A stretch of DNA of 64,000 nt from Anaeromyxobacter sp. (GCA_049840735.1 JASGJN010000022.1:640001-704000); one strand, 5' to 3'; shown: positions 1 to 12,057, numbered from the stretch's first letter. Made by a program: numbers and translations. Notes: generated by a model from the sequence alone, not told the origin.

Positions 1-1546
1 GTGCGCGGTCCGGGGCAGGAGAGGGGAGTTCCACCCCAAGACCTGGGTGCTCCGGTTCACCGACGGCGAAGGCCAGGCGGTCCGCTACCGCTTCCTCTGC
101 TTGAGCCGGAACCTGACCTCCGACACCTCCTGGGACACGGCGCTGGCGCTGGAGGGGGAGCTCGTCGGGCGAGCCAACGCGTTCGGCAGGAACCACCCGC
201 TGGGCGCCTTCATCGAGGCGCTCCCCGGCCTGGCGCTGGGGGACGTCTCCCTAGCGCTCCGGCAGGAGCTGCTGCGCATCGCCTATGAGCTGCGCCGGGT
301 ACGGTTCGAGCCACCCGCGCCGTTCCGCGACGGAATCGTCTTCGCCCCGCTGGGCATCGACGGTCACCGGAGCCTAGACCTCGGTGCCGAGGACGCGCAG
401 CGCCTGCTGGTCGTGTCACCGTTCGCGACGTCTTCCTTCCTGGAGCGCGCCGCCAGGGCACGCGAGAACGTCCTCGTCTCGCGGCAGGAGACCCTGGATG
501 AGCTGCCGCCCCAGACCCTGGGACGCTTCCAGCGCGTGTACGTGATCGACGAGGAGCCGTTCCGGGCGCCGGACCAGGGGCAGGCTGACGGGCGTGCGGC
601 GAGGGCCGAGGAGCGGTCAGGGCTCCACGCCAAGCTGTTCGTCGTGGACGGGAGCGGGGGCGCGTCGGTGTGGACCGGCTCGGCCAACGCATCGGACGCC
701 GCGTTCGAGCGCAACGTCGAGTTCATGGTCGGGCTGTCCGGCAGGAAGGGTGAGGTCGGCACCCAGGCGCTGGTGGGCGAAGGGGAGGAGACGCTTCGCA
801 CCGTGCTCCTCGAGTACGCGCGCCCCGACGCCCCGCGCGCGCCAGACCCGCAGGCCACTCGCAACGAGGAGCTGGTCGAGGAGGTGCGGCGAACGCTCGC
901 GCAAGCGGGGCTCCGCCTCGCGGTGGAAGTGGATGGAAGCGGACTCCATGCCCTGCGCCTGGACGCACCCGGCGAGCTCGCGCTCCCAGACGAGGTCCAG
1001 GTCCGGGTGTGGCCCGCCACGCTGCAGGAGGGTCGCGCCGAACGGCTGTTGCGGGGCAACGGTGTCCCGGCAGCGCTCGTCTTCAGGCCGCTCTCGCCGG
1101 CGCAGCTGACGGCGTTCGCCTGCTTCGAGGTGTGCGCGGGAGCGGGCGAGCAGGCGCGCGCCGCACGGTTCACCCTCCTGCTCCCGCTGGCAGGCGGGCC
1201 CGCGGACCGGCTCCAGGACCTGCTGGCCACCGTGCTCGAGGACGGCGCTCACCTGGTCCGCCTCCTGATGCTGCTGCTGACGGACCAGGAGCTGGACCCG
1301 GCGGGCGCCGCCGACGCGTTGCGGCTCGGCAGCCTGCGCGATCTCGTGGACGGATCGGAGGCGACGTCCGGCGCCTTCCCGCTGCTCGAGGAGCTCCTCC
1401 GGACCGCGGCCCGGAATCCCGCCCGGCTCGGGGCGGTCCATTCCCTGGTCCAGGATCTCAGGCGCACGGAGCGGGGTCGTGCGCTCCTGCCCCCGGAGTT
1501 CGACGGCGTCTGGGATGCGATATGGGCTGCGCGGGGTGGGACATGA
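1..1546 (+). CDS. Phospholipase D-family (two HxK motifs) nuclease-like protein, 5'-truncated by the window edge
   Basis: The frame is open from position 2 and reads CAVRGRRGEFHPKTWVLRF...LSRNLT (first HxK motif), later SGLHAKLFVVD...WTGSANAS (second). Its stop TGA overlaps the helicase ATG (ATGA at 1543-1546). Confidence 0.8.
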   Translation, partial: CAVRGRRGEFHPKTWVLRFTDGEGQAVRYRFLCLSRNLTSDTSWDTALALEGELVGRANAFGRNHPLGAFIEALPGLALGDVSLALRQELLRIAYELRRVRFEPPAPFRDGIVFAPLGIDGHRSLDLGAEDAQRLLVVSPFATSSFLERAARARENVLVSRQETLDELPPQTLGRFQRVYVIDEEPFRAPDQGQADGRAARAEERSGLHAKLFVVDGSGGASVWTGSANASDAAFERNVEFMVGLSGRKGEVGTQALVGEGEETLRTVLLEYARPDAPRAPDPQATRNEELVEEVRRTLAQAGLRLAVEVDGSGLHALRLDAPGELALPDEVQVRVWPATLQEGRAERLLRGNGVPAALVFRPLSPAQLTAFACFEVCAGAGEQARAARFTLLLPLAGGPADRLQDLLATVLEDGAHLVRLLMLLLTDQELDPAGAADALRLGSLRDLVDGSEATSGAFPLLEELLRTAARNPARLGAVHSLVQDLRRTERGRALLPPEFDGVWDAIWAARGGT

Positions 1547-4500
1547 GAAGGGGCGAGAAGCCGGACCTGGCGCGCGTCATGGCGGGGCTCAAGGACTTCC
1601 AGCGCCGGTCGGTGGAGTACATCGTCGAGCGTCTGTACGACGCTCCTGACCGGGTCGACAGGTTCCTCCTGGCCGATGAGGTGGGGCTCGGCAAGACCAA
1701 GGTCGCGCGGGGCGTCATCGCGCACGCGCTGCACCGGCTCTGGGAGCCGGTCGAGCGCATCGACGTCATCTACGTCTGCTCCAACGCCACCATCGCCCGG
1801 CAGAACGTCAACCGCCTGCAGCTCGGGATGGAGGATGACTTCTCGAGCGCCTCGCGGCTCACCCTGCTCCCCCTGCACCTCCGGGACCTGTCGACACGCA
1901 AGGTGAACTTCGTCTCCTTCACCCCGGGGACGTCCTTCGAGCTCAGCTCGAGCACCGGGATCCGGCACGAGCGCATGCTGATCCACCGCCTGCTCTCGGA
2001 CGGGTGGGGGCTGCGCGGCACCGGGCCGCGGAACCTGCTGCAGGGAGAGGTCGATCGCGCACGCTGGCGTCGAGACCTCGCGTGGCTCGAGGAAGAGCTC
2101 CGGAAGGAAGGACAGGGGATCGACCCGGCGCTGGCGGACAACTACCTGCGCGCGCTCGGAGGCGAGCCCGGTCTGCGCGCCCGCTTCGAGGACCTGGCGA
2201 GCCAGTGCGCCCGGACCAAGGAGTTCCCGGACGAGCTTCGGCCGCACCGGAACGAGCTCATCGGGAGGCTCCGGAAGATCCTGGCCAGGACCTGCATCAA
2301 GGAGCTCCAGCCCGACCTCGTGATCCTGGACGAGTTCCAGCGGTTCAAGTCGCTGCTGGCGGGGGCCGAGGCAGCAGAGGAGGATCGAGAGGCCGCCGAG
2401 CTGGCGGCAGACCTCTTCGCCTTCCAGGGCGAGGCCGGACGCGCCAAGGTGCTGCTGCTTTCGGCCACGCCGTACAAGATGTTCACGCTGTCGCACGAGG
2501 CCGAGGACCACTACTCGGACTTCCTGGCCACGACCGGCTTCCTCCTCGAGTCCAAGGAGGAGGTCGCAGCGCTCGAGGCGGATCTCTACGGCTACCGCGA
2601 CGCCCTCTGCGGAGCGGCGAGGGGAGCGGAAGCGGTCCGCTGCAAGGAGCAAGTCGAGCAGCGGCTTCGTCGCGTCATGTCACGCACGGAGCGGCTCAGC
2701 GCCGGCGTGGACCAGAACGGCCTGGTGGCGGAGCGGAGGACCACGGCTGGCGCGGTGACCCCGGACGACGTCATGGGGTACTGCCGCCTGGATGAGGTCA
2801 TGCGCGAACTCGACGGCGGCGAGCCGGTCGAGCTGTGGAAGTCCGCCCCGTTCCTCCTGAGCGTCATGGACGAGCACTACAAGCTGAAGAGCCGCTTGCG
2901 GCTCGCCCTGCGCGAGCGGCACCCGGCGGTCTGGGCAGCCCTGGAGCGCGCCCGGGGCACGCTGCTGGATCCCAGCCAGGTGGAGCAGTATGCGCCCATC
3001 GAGGGCGGGAACGCGCGGGTGCGGGCGCTGCTCGAGGCCACGGTTCGAAACGGTGGCTGGAAGCTGCTCTGGCTGCCGCCCTCGTTGCCTTACTACACGC
3101 TCGCCGGCCCATGGGCAGATCCGGGCGTGCGCGACTTCACGAAGGCGCTGGTGTTCTCGGCCTGGCACGTGGTGCCAAAGGCCATCGCCATGCTGGCGAG
3201 CTACGAGGCGGAGCGGCTGGCGGTGCAGGGCGGGGCGGGGGAGCCGTTTGTCTACGAGGAGCTCGGCGAGCGCATCCGCGGCACCATCCGGATCACCGAG
3301 AAGGACGGCAAGCTCGGCGGTCTCGCGTCCATGTCGCTGGCCTACCCGTGCGCCACGCTCGCCCGCGCCGTCGATCCCCTGCTGGCCAGGGGCGCGGCCG
3401 GAGGTGAGCTACCTGACGCCGCGGTGAGCCTCGACCGGGCGCGCGCGCTGCTGCAGGAGGTCCTGCGCCCGGAGATCGAGGCGGCGGCCGTGCGCGGTGG
3501 GCCAGTGGACGAGGACTGGTACTGGGCGGCGCCGCTCCTGCTGGACCTGCGGCGTACCCCCGCGGCGATCCGGTGGTTGATGGAGCCCGACCCGAAGCTC
3601 GCCTGGCAGGCCGTGGTGGGCGAAGGGGAGGGCGAGGATTCGCTCTTCCGCAAGGGCATCGCCCGGCTGCGTGAGTTCGCGCGCCAGCCCTGGGACCTGG
3701 GGCGACCGCCGCCCGACCTGGCGGACGTCGTGGCCTCCATGGCGCTGGGGTCACCCGCGGTGGCGCTGCTCCGGGCGCTGGGCAGGCAATGGCCGCAGCA
3801 GGCGGACGCTCCAGCGCTGCTGGCCGCAGCGGCCATCGGAGCCATGGGCTTCTGGCGCATGTACAACCGCCCTGAATCCGTGCTCGTGCTCCGCGCCTGG
3901 GATGCGCGCGAGCCTCACTGGAATCGAGCGCTCGACTACGGCGTTGCCGGGAATCTGCAGGCGGTGCTCGACGAGTACGTGCATGCGCTGCGGGATCACC
4001 TGGGCCTGACGGAGCAGGGGGCGTCCGCTGCCCTCGATATGGGCCGGAAGGTCGGCGACACCGCCTCCCTCGCGGCCGTTCGGCTCTCGTACGACGTGTT
4101 TGCTTCCATGCCCGACGGGCCGGAGAAGGCTGGACCGCAGGTCAAGCATCTCCGCGCCCGCTACGCGCTCCGCTTCGGCCAGGGACGTGATCCGAGCGAT
4201 GACGCTGGCGGCCAGGACACGCGGGACGGCCAGGTTCGTGACGCCTTCAATTCCCCGTTCCGCCCCTTCGTGCTCGCCTCCACGAGCGTCGGCCAGGAGG
4301 GTCTCGACTTTCACCTCTACTGCCACGCGATCTACCACTGGAACCTGCCGGGCAACCCGGTCGATCTCGAGCAAAGGGAGGGGCGAATCCATCGGTTCAA
4401 GGGACACGTGGTCCGGCGGAACGTGGCGAATGCGAACCGCGCACGGTTCGACGGAGGAGACCCCTGGGCCACCCTGTTCGAGGACGCTGCCAGCGGCTCC

Positions 4501-4818
4501 GAGCGAAGGAGCGAGCTGGTGCCGTACTGGGTCTTCCCTGGCCCTTACCGGATCGAGCGGCATGTTCCGCTCCTTCCCCTGTCCCGCGACCGCCAGCGCT
4601 TCGACGACCTCCGGCGCAGCATGGCGCTCTACCGGCTCGCCTTCGGACAACCGAGGCAGGAGGACCTCCTGCGCGTCCTGTCAGCGGAGACGCTGCCGGC
4701 CGCCGAGCAGGGGGACTGGCAGATCGACCTGGCGCCGCGCGAGCGCCGGGGCGACGCGCCCGCGCCCGGCATGTCCGGAGTTCGGTCAGGGGAAGCGTTG
4801 CGACGAGCGCCCGACTGA
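1543..4818 (+). CDS. Large SF2 helicase (about 1090 aa)
   Basis: Motifs LKDFQ, LADEVGLGKT (Walker A), ILDEFQ (Walker B), LLSATP, STSVGQEGLDFH and NPVDLEQREGRIHR. Start placed at ATG 1543, translationally coupled to the upstream gene. Confidence 0.9.
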   Translation: MRRGEKPDLARVMAGLKDFQRRSVEYIVERLYDAPDRVDRFLLADEVGLGKTKVARGVIAHALHRLWEPVERIDVIYVCSNATIARQNVNRLQLGMEDDFSSASRLTLLPLHLRDLSTRKVNFVSFTPGTSFELSSSTGIRHERMLIHRLLSDGWGLRGTGPRNLLQGEVDRARWRRDLAWLEEELRKEGQGIDPALADNYLRALGGEPGLRARFEDLASQCARTKEFPDELRPHRNELIGRLRKILARTCIKELQPDLVILDEFQRFKSLLAGAEAAEEDREAAELAADLFAFQGEAGRAKVLLLSATPYKMFTLSHEAEDHYSDFLATTGFLLESKEEVAALEADLYGYRDALCGAARGAEAVRCKEQVEQRLRRVMSRTERLSAGVDQNGLVAERRTTAGAVTPDDVMGYCRLDEVMRELDGGEPVELWKSAPFLLSVMDEHYKLKSRLRLALRERHPAVWAALERARGTLLDPSQVEQYAPIEGGNARVRALLEATVRNGGWKLLWLPPSLPYYTLAGPWADPGVRDFTKALVFSAWHVVPKAIAMLASYEAERLAVQGGAGEPFVYEELGERIRGTIRITEKDGKLGGLASMSLAYPCATLARAVDPLLARGAAGGELPDAAVSLDRARALLQEVLRPEIEAAAVRGGPVDEDWYWAAPLLLDLRRTPAAIRWLMEPDPKLAWQAVVGEGEGEDSLFRKGIARLREFARQPWDLGRPPPDLADVVASMALGSPAVALLRALGRQWPQQADAPALLAAAAIGAMGFWRMYNRPESVLVLRAWDAREPHWNRALDYGVAGNLQAVLDEYVHALRDHLGLTEQGASAALDMGRKVGDTASLAAVRLSYDVFASMPDGPEKAGPQVKHLRARYALRFGQGRDPSDDAGGQDTRDGQVRDAFNSPFRPFVLASTSVGQEGLDFHLYCHAIYHWNLPGNPVDLEQREGRIHRFKGHVVRRNVANANRARFDGGDPWATLFEDAASGSERRSELVPYWVFPGPYRIERHVPLLPLSRDRQRFDDLRRSMALYRLAFGQPRQEDLLRVLSAETLPAAEQGDWQIDLAPRERRGDAPAPGMSGVRSGEALRRAPD

Positions 4819-4902
4819 CCACCGGATTCTGGTTGCCCCAGGGCTGGCCAGTCCGGAACGACGTCCGGTCTTCCTGCGGTCCGCGCCGACCGGCCGAAAC
4901 GC

Positions 4903-4938
4903 CGAAGCCCCCGCCAGCTTTCGCCGGCGGGGGCTTCG
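4903..4938. terminator. GC-rich hairpin between the convergent helicase gene and tRNA cluster
   Basis: 13-bp perfect stem CGAAGCCCCCGCC / GGCGGGGGCTTCG directly downstream of tRNA-Arg. Confidence 0.65.
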
Positions 4939-4944
4939 TTCTAG

Positions 4945-5018
4945 CGGGCCCTAGAGGATTTGAACCTCTGGCCTTCGGATTCGTAGTCCGACGCTCTATC
5001 CAACTGAGCTAAGGGCCC
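4945..5018 (-). tRNA. tRNA-Arg(ACG)
   Basis: Reverse complement GGGCCCTTAGCTCAGTTGGATAGAGCGTCGGACT-ACG-AATCCGAAGGCCAGAGGTTCAAATCCTCTAGGGCCCG folds as a cloverleaf. It is followed by CTA, not CCA. Confidence 0.95.
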
Positions 5019-5055
5019 AACTCTCTCTGTCGTGCTGCCACTGCTGCAACCGAAC

Positions 5056-5147
5056 TGGCGGAAAGGGAGGGATTCGAACCCTCGATACAGGTCACCCCGT
5101 ATACTGGTTTAGCAAACCAGCGCCTTCGGCCTCTCGGCCACCTTTCC
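5056..5147 (-). tRNA. tRNA-Ser(GCT)
   Basis: Reverse complement GGAAAGGTGGCCGAGAGG...CTGGTTT-GCT-AAACCAG..., long variable arm, GGTTCGAATCC, CCA end. Confidence 0.95.
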
Positions 5148-5172
5148 AGAACCTCTTCCCTTCCCTCACAGC

Positions 5173-5262
5173 TGGCGGAGGAGGAAGGATTCGAACCTTC
5201 GGAGGGCGTGAACCCTCAGCGGTTTTCAAGACCGCCGCCTTAAACCGCTCGGCCACTCCTCC
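5173..5262 (-). tRNA. tRNA-Ser(TGA)
   Basis: Reverse complement GGAGGAGTGGCCGAGCGG...GCGGTCT-TGA-AAACCGC..., long variable arm, GGTTCGAATCC, CCA end. Confidence 0.95.
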
Positions 5263-5330
5263 GAATCCTGCCTCGTTCAGCCTGGTTCCGCTGGCCGGGC
5301 GCCAGAGGCGGCCGACCGTTGGAGCGGGAC

Positions 5331-5359
5331 GATATACGGCACTGCCGAGCGGGGATCAA
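5331..5359 (-). promoter_or_regulatory. Possible sigma70 promoter for the tRNA cluster
   Basis: Minus strand reads TTGATC-17 bp-TATATC about 70 bp upstream of tRNA-Ser(TGA). Confidence 0.35.
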
Positions 5360-6077
5360 GGGGTCTGTGCAGGGGAACGGACGGGCATCAGGTCGCGGGG
5401 GTGAGGGGCTGCTCCGGGACCTCGGACCCTGGACTGCGGCGTGCTGGAAGCTGCAGCCGGGGACCAGCTGAGTCGCAGGCGCGGCGCTGTCGCCTGAACA
5501 GACAGGCGCGCAGGGCGCCGCTGGGAGAGGAAGAAGGAAGATGCGGTCGTCGTGGCCGTGCCGTACGAGCCTACGCAACTGCTCCGGGACCGAGGGGGCT
5601 GGGCCGGAACCGCGCGTTACTTCGTGACGATCACCTCTGCCGATCGGGTGGGGCGCCTTCCCGGCGGAGGCTGCAGGGCCAGTGACGGCCGCATCGCGGA
5701 GGAGGATGCGGAGATCGTCCACGGCGAGCATGTGGTGCTCGTGAGATTCGCCACAGAAAACAGCCTTTTAAGGGGGGCCGGTGGCGGCAAGGGCATCCGC
5801 CTGTTCCCGCGGCGACGGGGATGGCGGCGCGAGGGGAGGCCGGACAGCAGCGTTCAGTGGTTCGCTGGAAGCGCGTTCAGTCCACTTGTCCGCTTTGATT
5901 CGAGGGCGCAGGAGCAGCGAGCGCCCGTCCGGCTGGGCCTGCGGCAGGCGCTGACGCTGGCCCGCCGCCGCTGCCCCGGGGGCGCCGGCGGCGGGCGCGT
6001 CCCCGGCCCCCGCCGGACCTGCGTCCTCTTGGCTTTCCTTCCGCCTGCGGCGATCATCGCTCCCTGCCGGGGGTGAC

Positions 6078-6746
6078 ATGAAGCTGCTGCTGGTGGAGGA
6101 CGAGGAGCGGGTGGCCCAGGTGCTATCCCGCGGCCTCACCGAGGAAGGTCACCAGGTGGACGCGGTGGGGCTCGGGCTCTCGGCCCGGGACCAGGCGCTC
6201 TCCATCGCCTATGACGTGATCCTCCTCGACTGGGCGCTCCCGGACATGGACGGCGTCTCGGTGCTTCGCGAGTGGCGCCAGCGCGGCCTGCGCACGCCGG
6301 TCCTGCTGCTGACCGCGCGAGGGGCCACCGGCGAGAAGGTCACCGGGCTGCGGGCGGGGGCCGACGACTACCTGGTGAAGCCGTTCGACTTCGACGAGCT
6401 GCTGGCGCGCATCGAGGCGCTGCACCGGCGCGGCTCGGGCCACGGCGCGGCCACGCTGGGCCCCATCGCGCTCGATCCGCGCCGCCGCGCGCTCGTGAAG
6501 GGGGCGGTCTCCGAGGCGCTCACGGCGCGCGAGTACGGCCTGCTCTCCGAGCTGGCCTCGCACGCGGGCGAGGTGCTCTCGCGGTCCAAGCTCATCCAGG
6601 CGGTGTGGGGCACGGGGTTCGAGGGCAACCCCAACGTGGTCGACGTCTACGTGGGCTACGTCCGCACCAAGCTCGAGCGCATCGGCGCGGGCGAGGTCCG
6701 GATCGAGTCGGTGCGCGGCGTGGGCTACCGGCTGGTCGTGCCCTGA
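6078..6746 (+). CDS. OmpR-family response regulator
   Basis: LLVEDE...LLDWALPDMDG...GADDYLVKPF receiver; winged helix ending NVVDVYVGYVRTKL...VRGVGYRL. Confidence 0.95.
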   Translation: MKLLLVEDEERVAQVLSRGLTEEGHQVDAVGLGLSARDQALSIAYDVILLDWALPDMDGVSVLREWRQRGLRTPVLLLTARGATGEKVTGLRAGADDYLVKPFDFDELLARIEALHRRGSGHGAATLGPIALDPRRRALVKGAVSEALTAREYGLLSELASHAGEVLSRSKLIQAVWGTGFEGNPNVVDVYVGYVRTKLERIGAGEVRIESVRGVGYRLVVP

Positions 6747-6759
6747 CGCGGGGTCCTCC

Positions 6760-8164
6760 ATGAAGCTCGCGGTCCGGCTGTGGACGCTCGGCGCGGTGGT
6801 CCCGGTCCTGGGGATGCTGGGCGCGCTGGCCGTGGGCGGCACCTTCTTCCGCAACCACCTGCTCGAGGAGGTGGACGCGGCGCTCCTCTCGCAGGCGGCG
6901 GTGGAGTCGGTCAGCCTCTTCGACGGCCCCGCGGGCGCGGCCCACATCCACGTGACGTTCTCGCCGTTCCGCGACGAGGTCCGGCACATCGCGCCGGCGG
7001 CCGCGCTCTACGACTCGACCGGCCGCGTGCTCATGCGGTACCCCGCCATGTCGGAGGCGGTGGGCGCCACCGACCACAGGCTGGAATCCGGCGACGCTGC
7101 CGGCCGCGCCGGTGCTGGCCACGCGCGCGGGCCCGAGCGGGATCGACTACCGGGTCCTCTCGGTCCGGCTCACCAGCCCGCGCGGCGAGGCCCACGCGCT
7201 GCAGCTGGCGGCGGCGCTCTCCAGCGTGGACGCGGCCGTGGACGCCTTCGCGCGGGTCGGGCTGGGCATGACGCTGGCGCTGGGGCTGGCGCTGGTGGTG
7301 CTGCAGACGTACCAGGCCCGCCGGCTCTCCGCGCGCGTGGGGGCGCTGACGCGCCACATGGCGGCGCTGCGCGAGGGGAACCTCTCGGCGGTGGCGCCGC
7401 ACGAGCTGGCGGGGGACGAGATCGCCGAGCTGTCGCGGGTGGTGGAGGAGGCCACCGGGCGGCTACGCCAGGCGCGCGAGGCGCAGGACCGGCTGGTGGC
7501 GGACGCGGCCCACGAGCTGCGCACGCCGCTCACGCTGATGCGCACCTCCATCGACGTGGCGCTGCGCCGGCGCCGCGAGGCCTCCGAGCTGGTGGCCTCG
7601 CTGGAGGAGACGCGGCGCGAGGTGGACCGGCTGGCGCGGCTCTCCACCCGCCTGCTGGACCTGGCCACCGCGGGCCGCGGCCACTGGGACCGGCAGCCCT
7701 GTGACCTGGGGCAGGTGGTGGCCGAGGCGGCGGAGGCCATCCGCGCCGAGGCGGAGGCCAAGGCGGTGCTGGTCGAGGTGGAGGCGCCGGCGCCGCTGCC
7801 GGCGCTGCTGGACGCGCACGGCATCCGTCAGGCGGTGGACAACCTGCTGGCCAACGCGGTCAAGTTCAGCCCGCAGGGCGGCCTGGTCCGCGTGGCGGTG
7901 CTGCGCGAGGGGGAGCTGGCGCGCGTGCTGGTCCGAGACGCGGGGCCGGGCATCCCGGAGGCGGAGCGCGAGCGGGTCTTCCGCCCCTTCGAGCGCGGCG
8001 ACAAGCGGGCGCCGGGCGCGGGGCTGGGGCTGGCCATCGTCCGCGAGATCGCCCGCGGCCACGGCGGCCGGGCCTACGCGGCGCCGGCGGAGCGCGGCGC
8101 CGAGGTGGTGCTGGAGCTGCCGGCGCTGCCGCAGGGGACCTGGGTGGCGCGCGCGGCGGGGTAG
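6760..8164 (+). CDS. HAMP sensor histidine kinase (one frameshift at about 7085)
   Basis: Two TM segments, H-box AAHELRTPL, N-box NLLANAVKF, DAGPGI, GLGLAI. Removing one A from GAATC at 7084 joins the two ORFs. Confidence 0.9.
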
Positions 8165-8174
8165 GGGACGCCGG

Positions 8175-8609
8175 TCAGCGGCCCTCGACCGGCGCCTGCG
8201 CCTGCCCGTGCAGCCGGCACCCCGCCTCCCGGCACCGCCCGGTGAGCCGCAGCCGGTTCCTGGCGAACGCCCGGTAGCCGAGGTCGAGCAGCCAGCGCAG
8301 CCCGGGCCAGCGGGTCACGGCCACGACGCGCCTGAACCCCACGGCGGCGTACAGCTGCCGGAAGACCTCCACGCCCTCGATCACCGTCCCGTCCGGCAGC
8401 CGGCCGTGGATGCGGGCCATGAGCGCGTCCCAGGGGACGCCCACGGCGGCCGCGTCGAAGCCGGGCGCGGCGATGTCGGTGAAGGCGATCCGCCCCTGGC
8501 CGTCGAGCCTGCGCAGCATGCGGATCTCCCGCATGCAGAGCGGGCAGGCGCCGTCGAAGAAGACCTCGATCCGGTGCGCGGGGGCGTCCACGAGGCTGTA
8601 CATGCCCAT
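8175..8609 (-). CDS. DCC-family (DUF393) thiol-disulfide oxidoreductase
   Basis: FFDGACPLC (DxxCxxC) and C-terminal YRAFARNR. Start uncertain (8603 or 8609). Confidence 0.85.
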   Translation of the reverse strand: MGMYSLVDAPAHRIEVFFDGACPLCMREIRMLRRLDGQGRIAFTDIAAPGFDAAAVGVPWDALMARIHGRLPDGTVIEGVEVFRQLYAAVGFRRVVAVTRWPGLRWLLDLGYRAFARNRLRLTGRCREAGCRLHGQAQAPVEGR

Positions 8610-8769
8610 GTGGATCGGCCGGCGCAAGCCGGCGTGACAGCGGAAGCGGAGTTCGTCACCCGCCGCAGGGGCAGGTGACGATCCACAGGTAGAGCCAGCC
8701 CAGCAGCGCCGCGGCCGCGGCCGCTCCGAGCGCGGCCCAGAGCCACCTCCTGGGCCGCCCCGCCAACGG

Positions 8770-10119
<1,350 letters not shown>

Positions 10120-10184
10120 CTAGCATTAGTCTTTAACGAATCGGCGGGCAAGGGGTCTGTCTCATCGTGACCCCGGGGCGGCAC

Positions 10185-10821
10185 ATGGCCGAAGACGGCG
10201 AGAGCAGGCGACCAGCGCTGCGGGTGGTGCCGGGTGGCGCCACCCCGGCGAGGCGCGAGGAGGAGGCGCTCCTGGCGGCCTTCCTGGTCGGCGACGACGA
10301 GGCCTTCGGGGCCCTGGTCCGGCGCCACCAGGGGCTCTGCCTGGCCATCGTGCGGCGCTACGCCAGCAGCCCGGAGGACGCCCGCGATCTCCTGTCAGCG
10401 CGCCTTCCTCCGCGCCTTCGAGCACGCGCGCCGCGCGCTGCGCCGCACGCCCCGGGAGCCCATCCCCTTCCGGCGCTGGCTCATCCGCATCGCGGTCAAC
10501 CTGGCCCGCAACCACCGCCGCGACGCGGCCCGCTTCCGCCCGGCGCCGCTGGAGGCGCTGGAGGGCACCGCCTCCGTCGCCGCGCCCGGGCTGGCCGCGC
10601 CGGAGCGGCTGGAGCGCGAGGAGCGCGAGGCCCGGGTCCGCGCCGCCGTGGCCGCGCTGCCCCGCCGCCAGCGCGAGGTGCTGACCCTCCGCGTGGACGG
10701 GGAGCTCCCGTTCGCCGACATCGCCGAGGCGCTCGGCATCACCGAGAACGCCGCCCGCGTGAACTTCCACCACGCCGCCCGGCGCCTGCGCGAGCAGGTG
10801 CTCGAGGAGGAGCAGCCGTGA
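10185..10821 (+). CDS. ECF RNA polymerase sigma factor (frameshift at about 10391)
   Basis: GDDEAFGALVRRHQ..., then FRRWLIRIAVNLARNHRR and a region-4 HTH LPRRQREVLTLR...FADIAEALG in the shifted frame. Confidence 0.85.
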
Positions 10822-11347
10822 CCCCCGGGAACGCCGCCTGCCGCGACGTCGAGCAGCTCCTCTCCCTCCGCGCCGCCCGCGCCCTCGATCCGGCCGGGAC
10901 GGCCCGCCTGGACGCCCACCTGGCCGGCTGCCCGGCCTGCCAGGACGAGGCCCGCGCGCTGGAGGCGCTGCTCGGCCTGGTGAAGCTCCCGCCGCCCTCC
11001 GAGGCCGAGCGCCGCGTCCTGGCCGACCTGCCCGCCCGCGCGCTGGCCGAGATCCACCGCCGCGACCGCCGCGCCGGCCTGGTGAAGCGCTGGGCGCTGG
11101 CGGCCGGCCTGGCAGCGGCCGTGGTGCTGGCGGTGCTGGCGCCGGTGTTCCTGCGCCACGCGCCCACGGTGACGCCGGAGGAGCTGGCCGCCGCGCAGCC
11201 GGCGCCGCCCGCCTGGCAGGAGCCCGATTGGACTCGATTTGGGACGACACGCAGGTCCTGGAGTGGGATGCCGCCGCGAGCAGCGGCGACGCGGCGACCG
11301 GCGCCGACACGGTGCTGGCCGTCTATGACGTGGGGGTGGGCAACTAG
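10818..11347 (+). CDS. Zinc-binding (zf-HC2) transmembrane anti-sigma factor (frameshift at about 11229)
   Basis: C...HLAGCPAC (HxxxCxxC) followed by a TM helix; start overlaps the sigma stop (GTGA). Confidence 0.8.
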
Positions 11348-11381
11348 GCCCGCCCCTTCACCGACAGGAAAGGAAGAGGAC

Positions 11382-12057
11382 ATGAGGAGCTTCCTCATCG
11401 CGCTGATGCTCTGCCCGCTGGCGGCGCTGGCCCAGGGCCAGCCGCCGCAGGCCCCCGCCCCGAAGCCGGGGGACGCGCCGACCGCCCGGCTTCACCAGAA
11501 GGACCCCGAGCAGGCGGAGAAGCGGATGCGGCTGGCCCGCACGCTGGGCCTGGCCGAGGCGCTCGACCTCGACACCGCCCAGGCGCTCAAGATGGGCGAC
11601 ACGCTGGAGAAGTACGACGCCCGCCGCAAGGCGGTCCGGCAGCAGGCGGCCGAGGCGCGCGACGCGCTCCGCCGCGCCGCCCGCGGCGAGAAGGCCGCGC
11701 CGGCCGACGTTGACAACGCCATCAAGTCGCTGCTGGCCGCGCGCGACCAGCTGACCGCCATCGACAAGGAGATGCTGGGGGCGATCACCAAGGACCTGAC
11801 CCCGGAGAAGAAGGCCCGCGCGGCGCTCTTCCTGGGCAGCTTCCGGGATCGCATCGAGAAGCGCGTGGTCCGCATGGGCCCGGGCGGCCCGATGGGTCTC
11901 GGGGATCGGGCCGGGCGGCCCGGGCATGCGGCACGGCATGGGCCAGGGCGGCATGCAGATCGAGCGCCGGGTCGCCGCGGGCGGCCCGGACGGCGACGAC
12001 GACCAGCTCGCGGTGTGCATGGACGGGGACTGCCCGTTCGACGACGACGAGCCGTAG
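11382..12057 (+). CDS. Exported Spy/CpxP-like helical protein (frameshift at about 11904)
   Basis: Good RBS, signal peptide, ALDLDTAQ and LTPEKKA (LTxxQ-like) motifs; typical third gene of ECF loci. Confidence 0.65.

Noticed and set aside
1009..1542. N-terminal extension of the helicase in the ORF track (1269 aa)
   Set aside because: It overlaps the PLD gene in another frame and is low-complexity; the ATGA overlap at 1543 gives the natural start.
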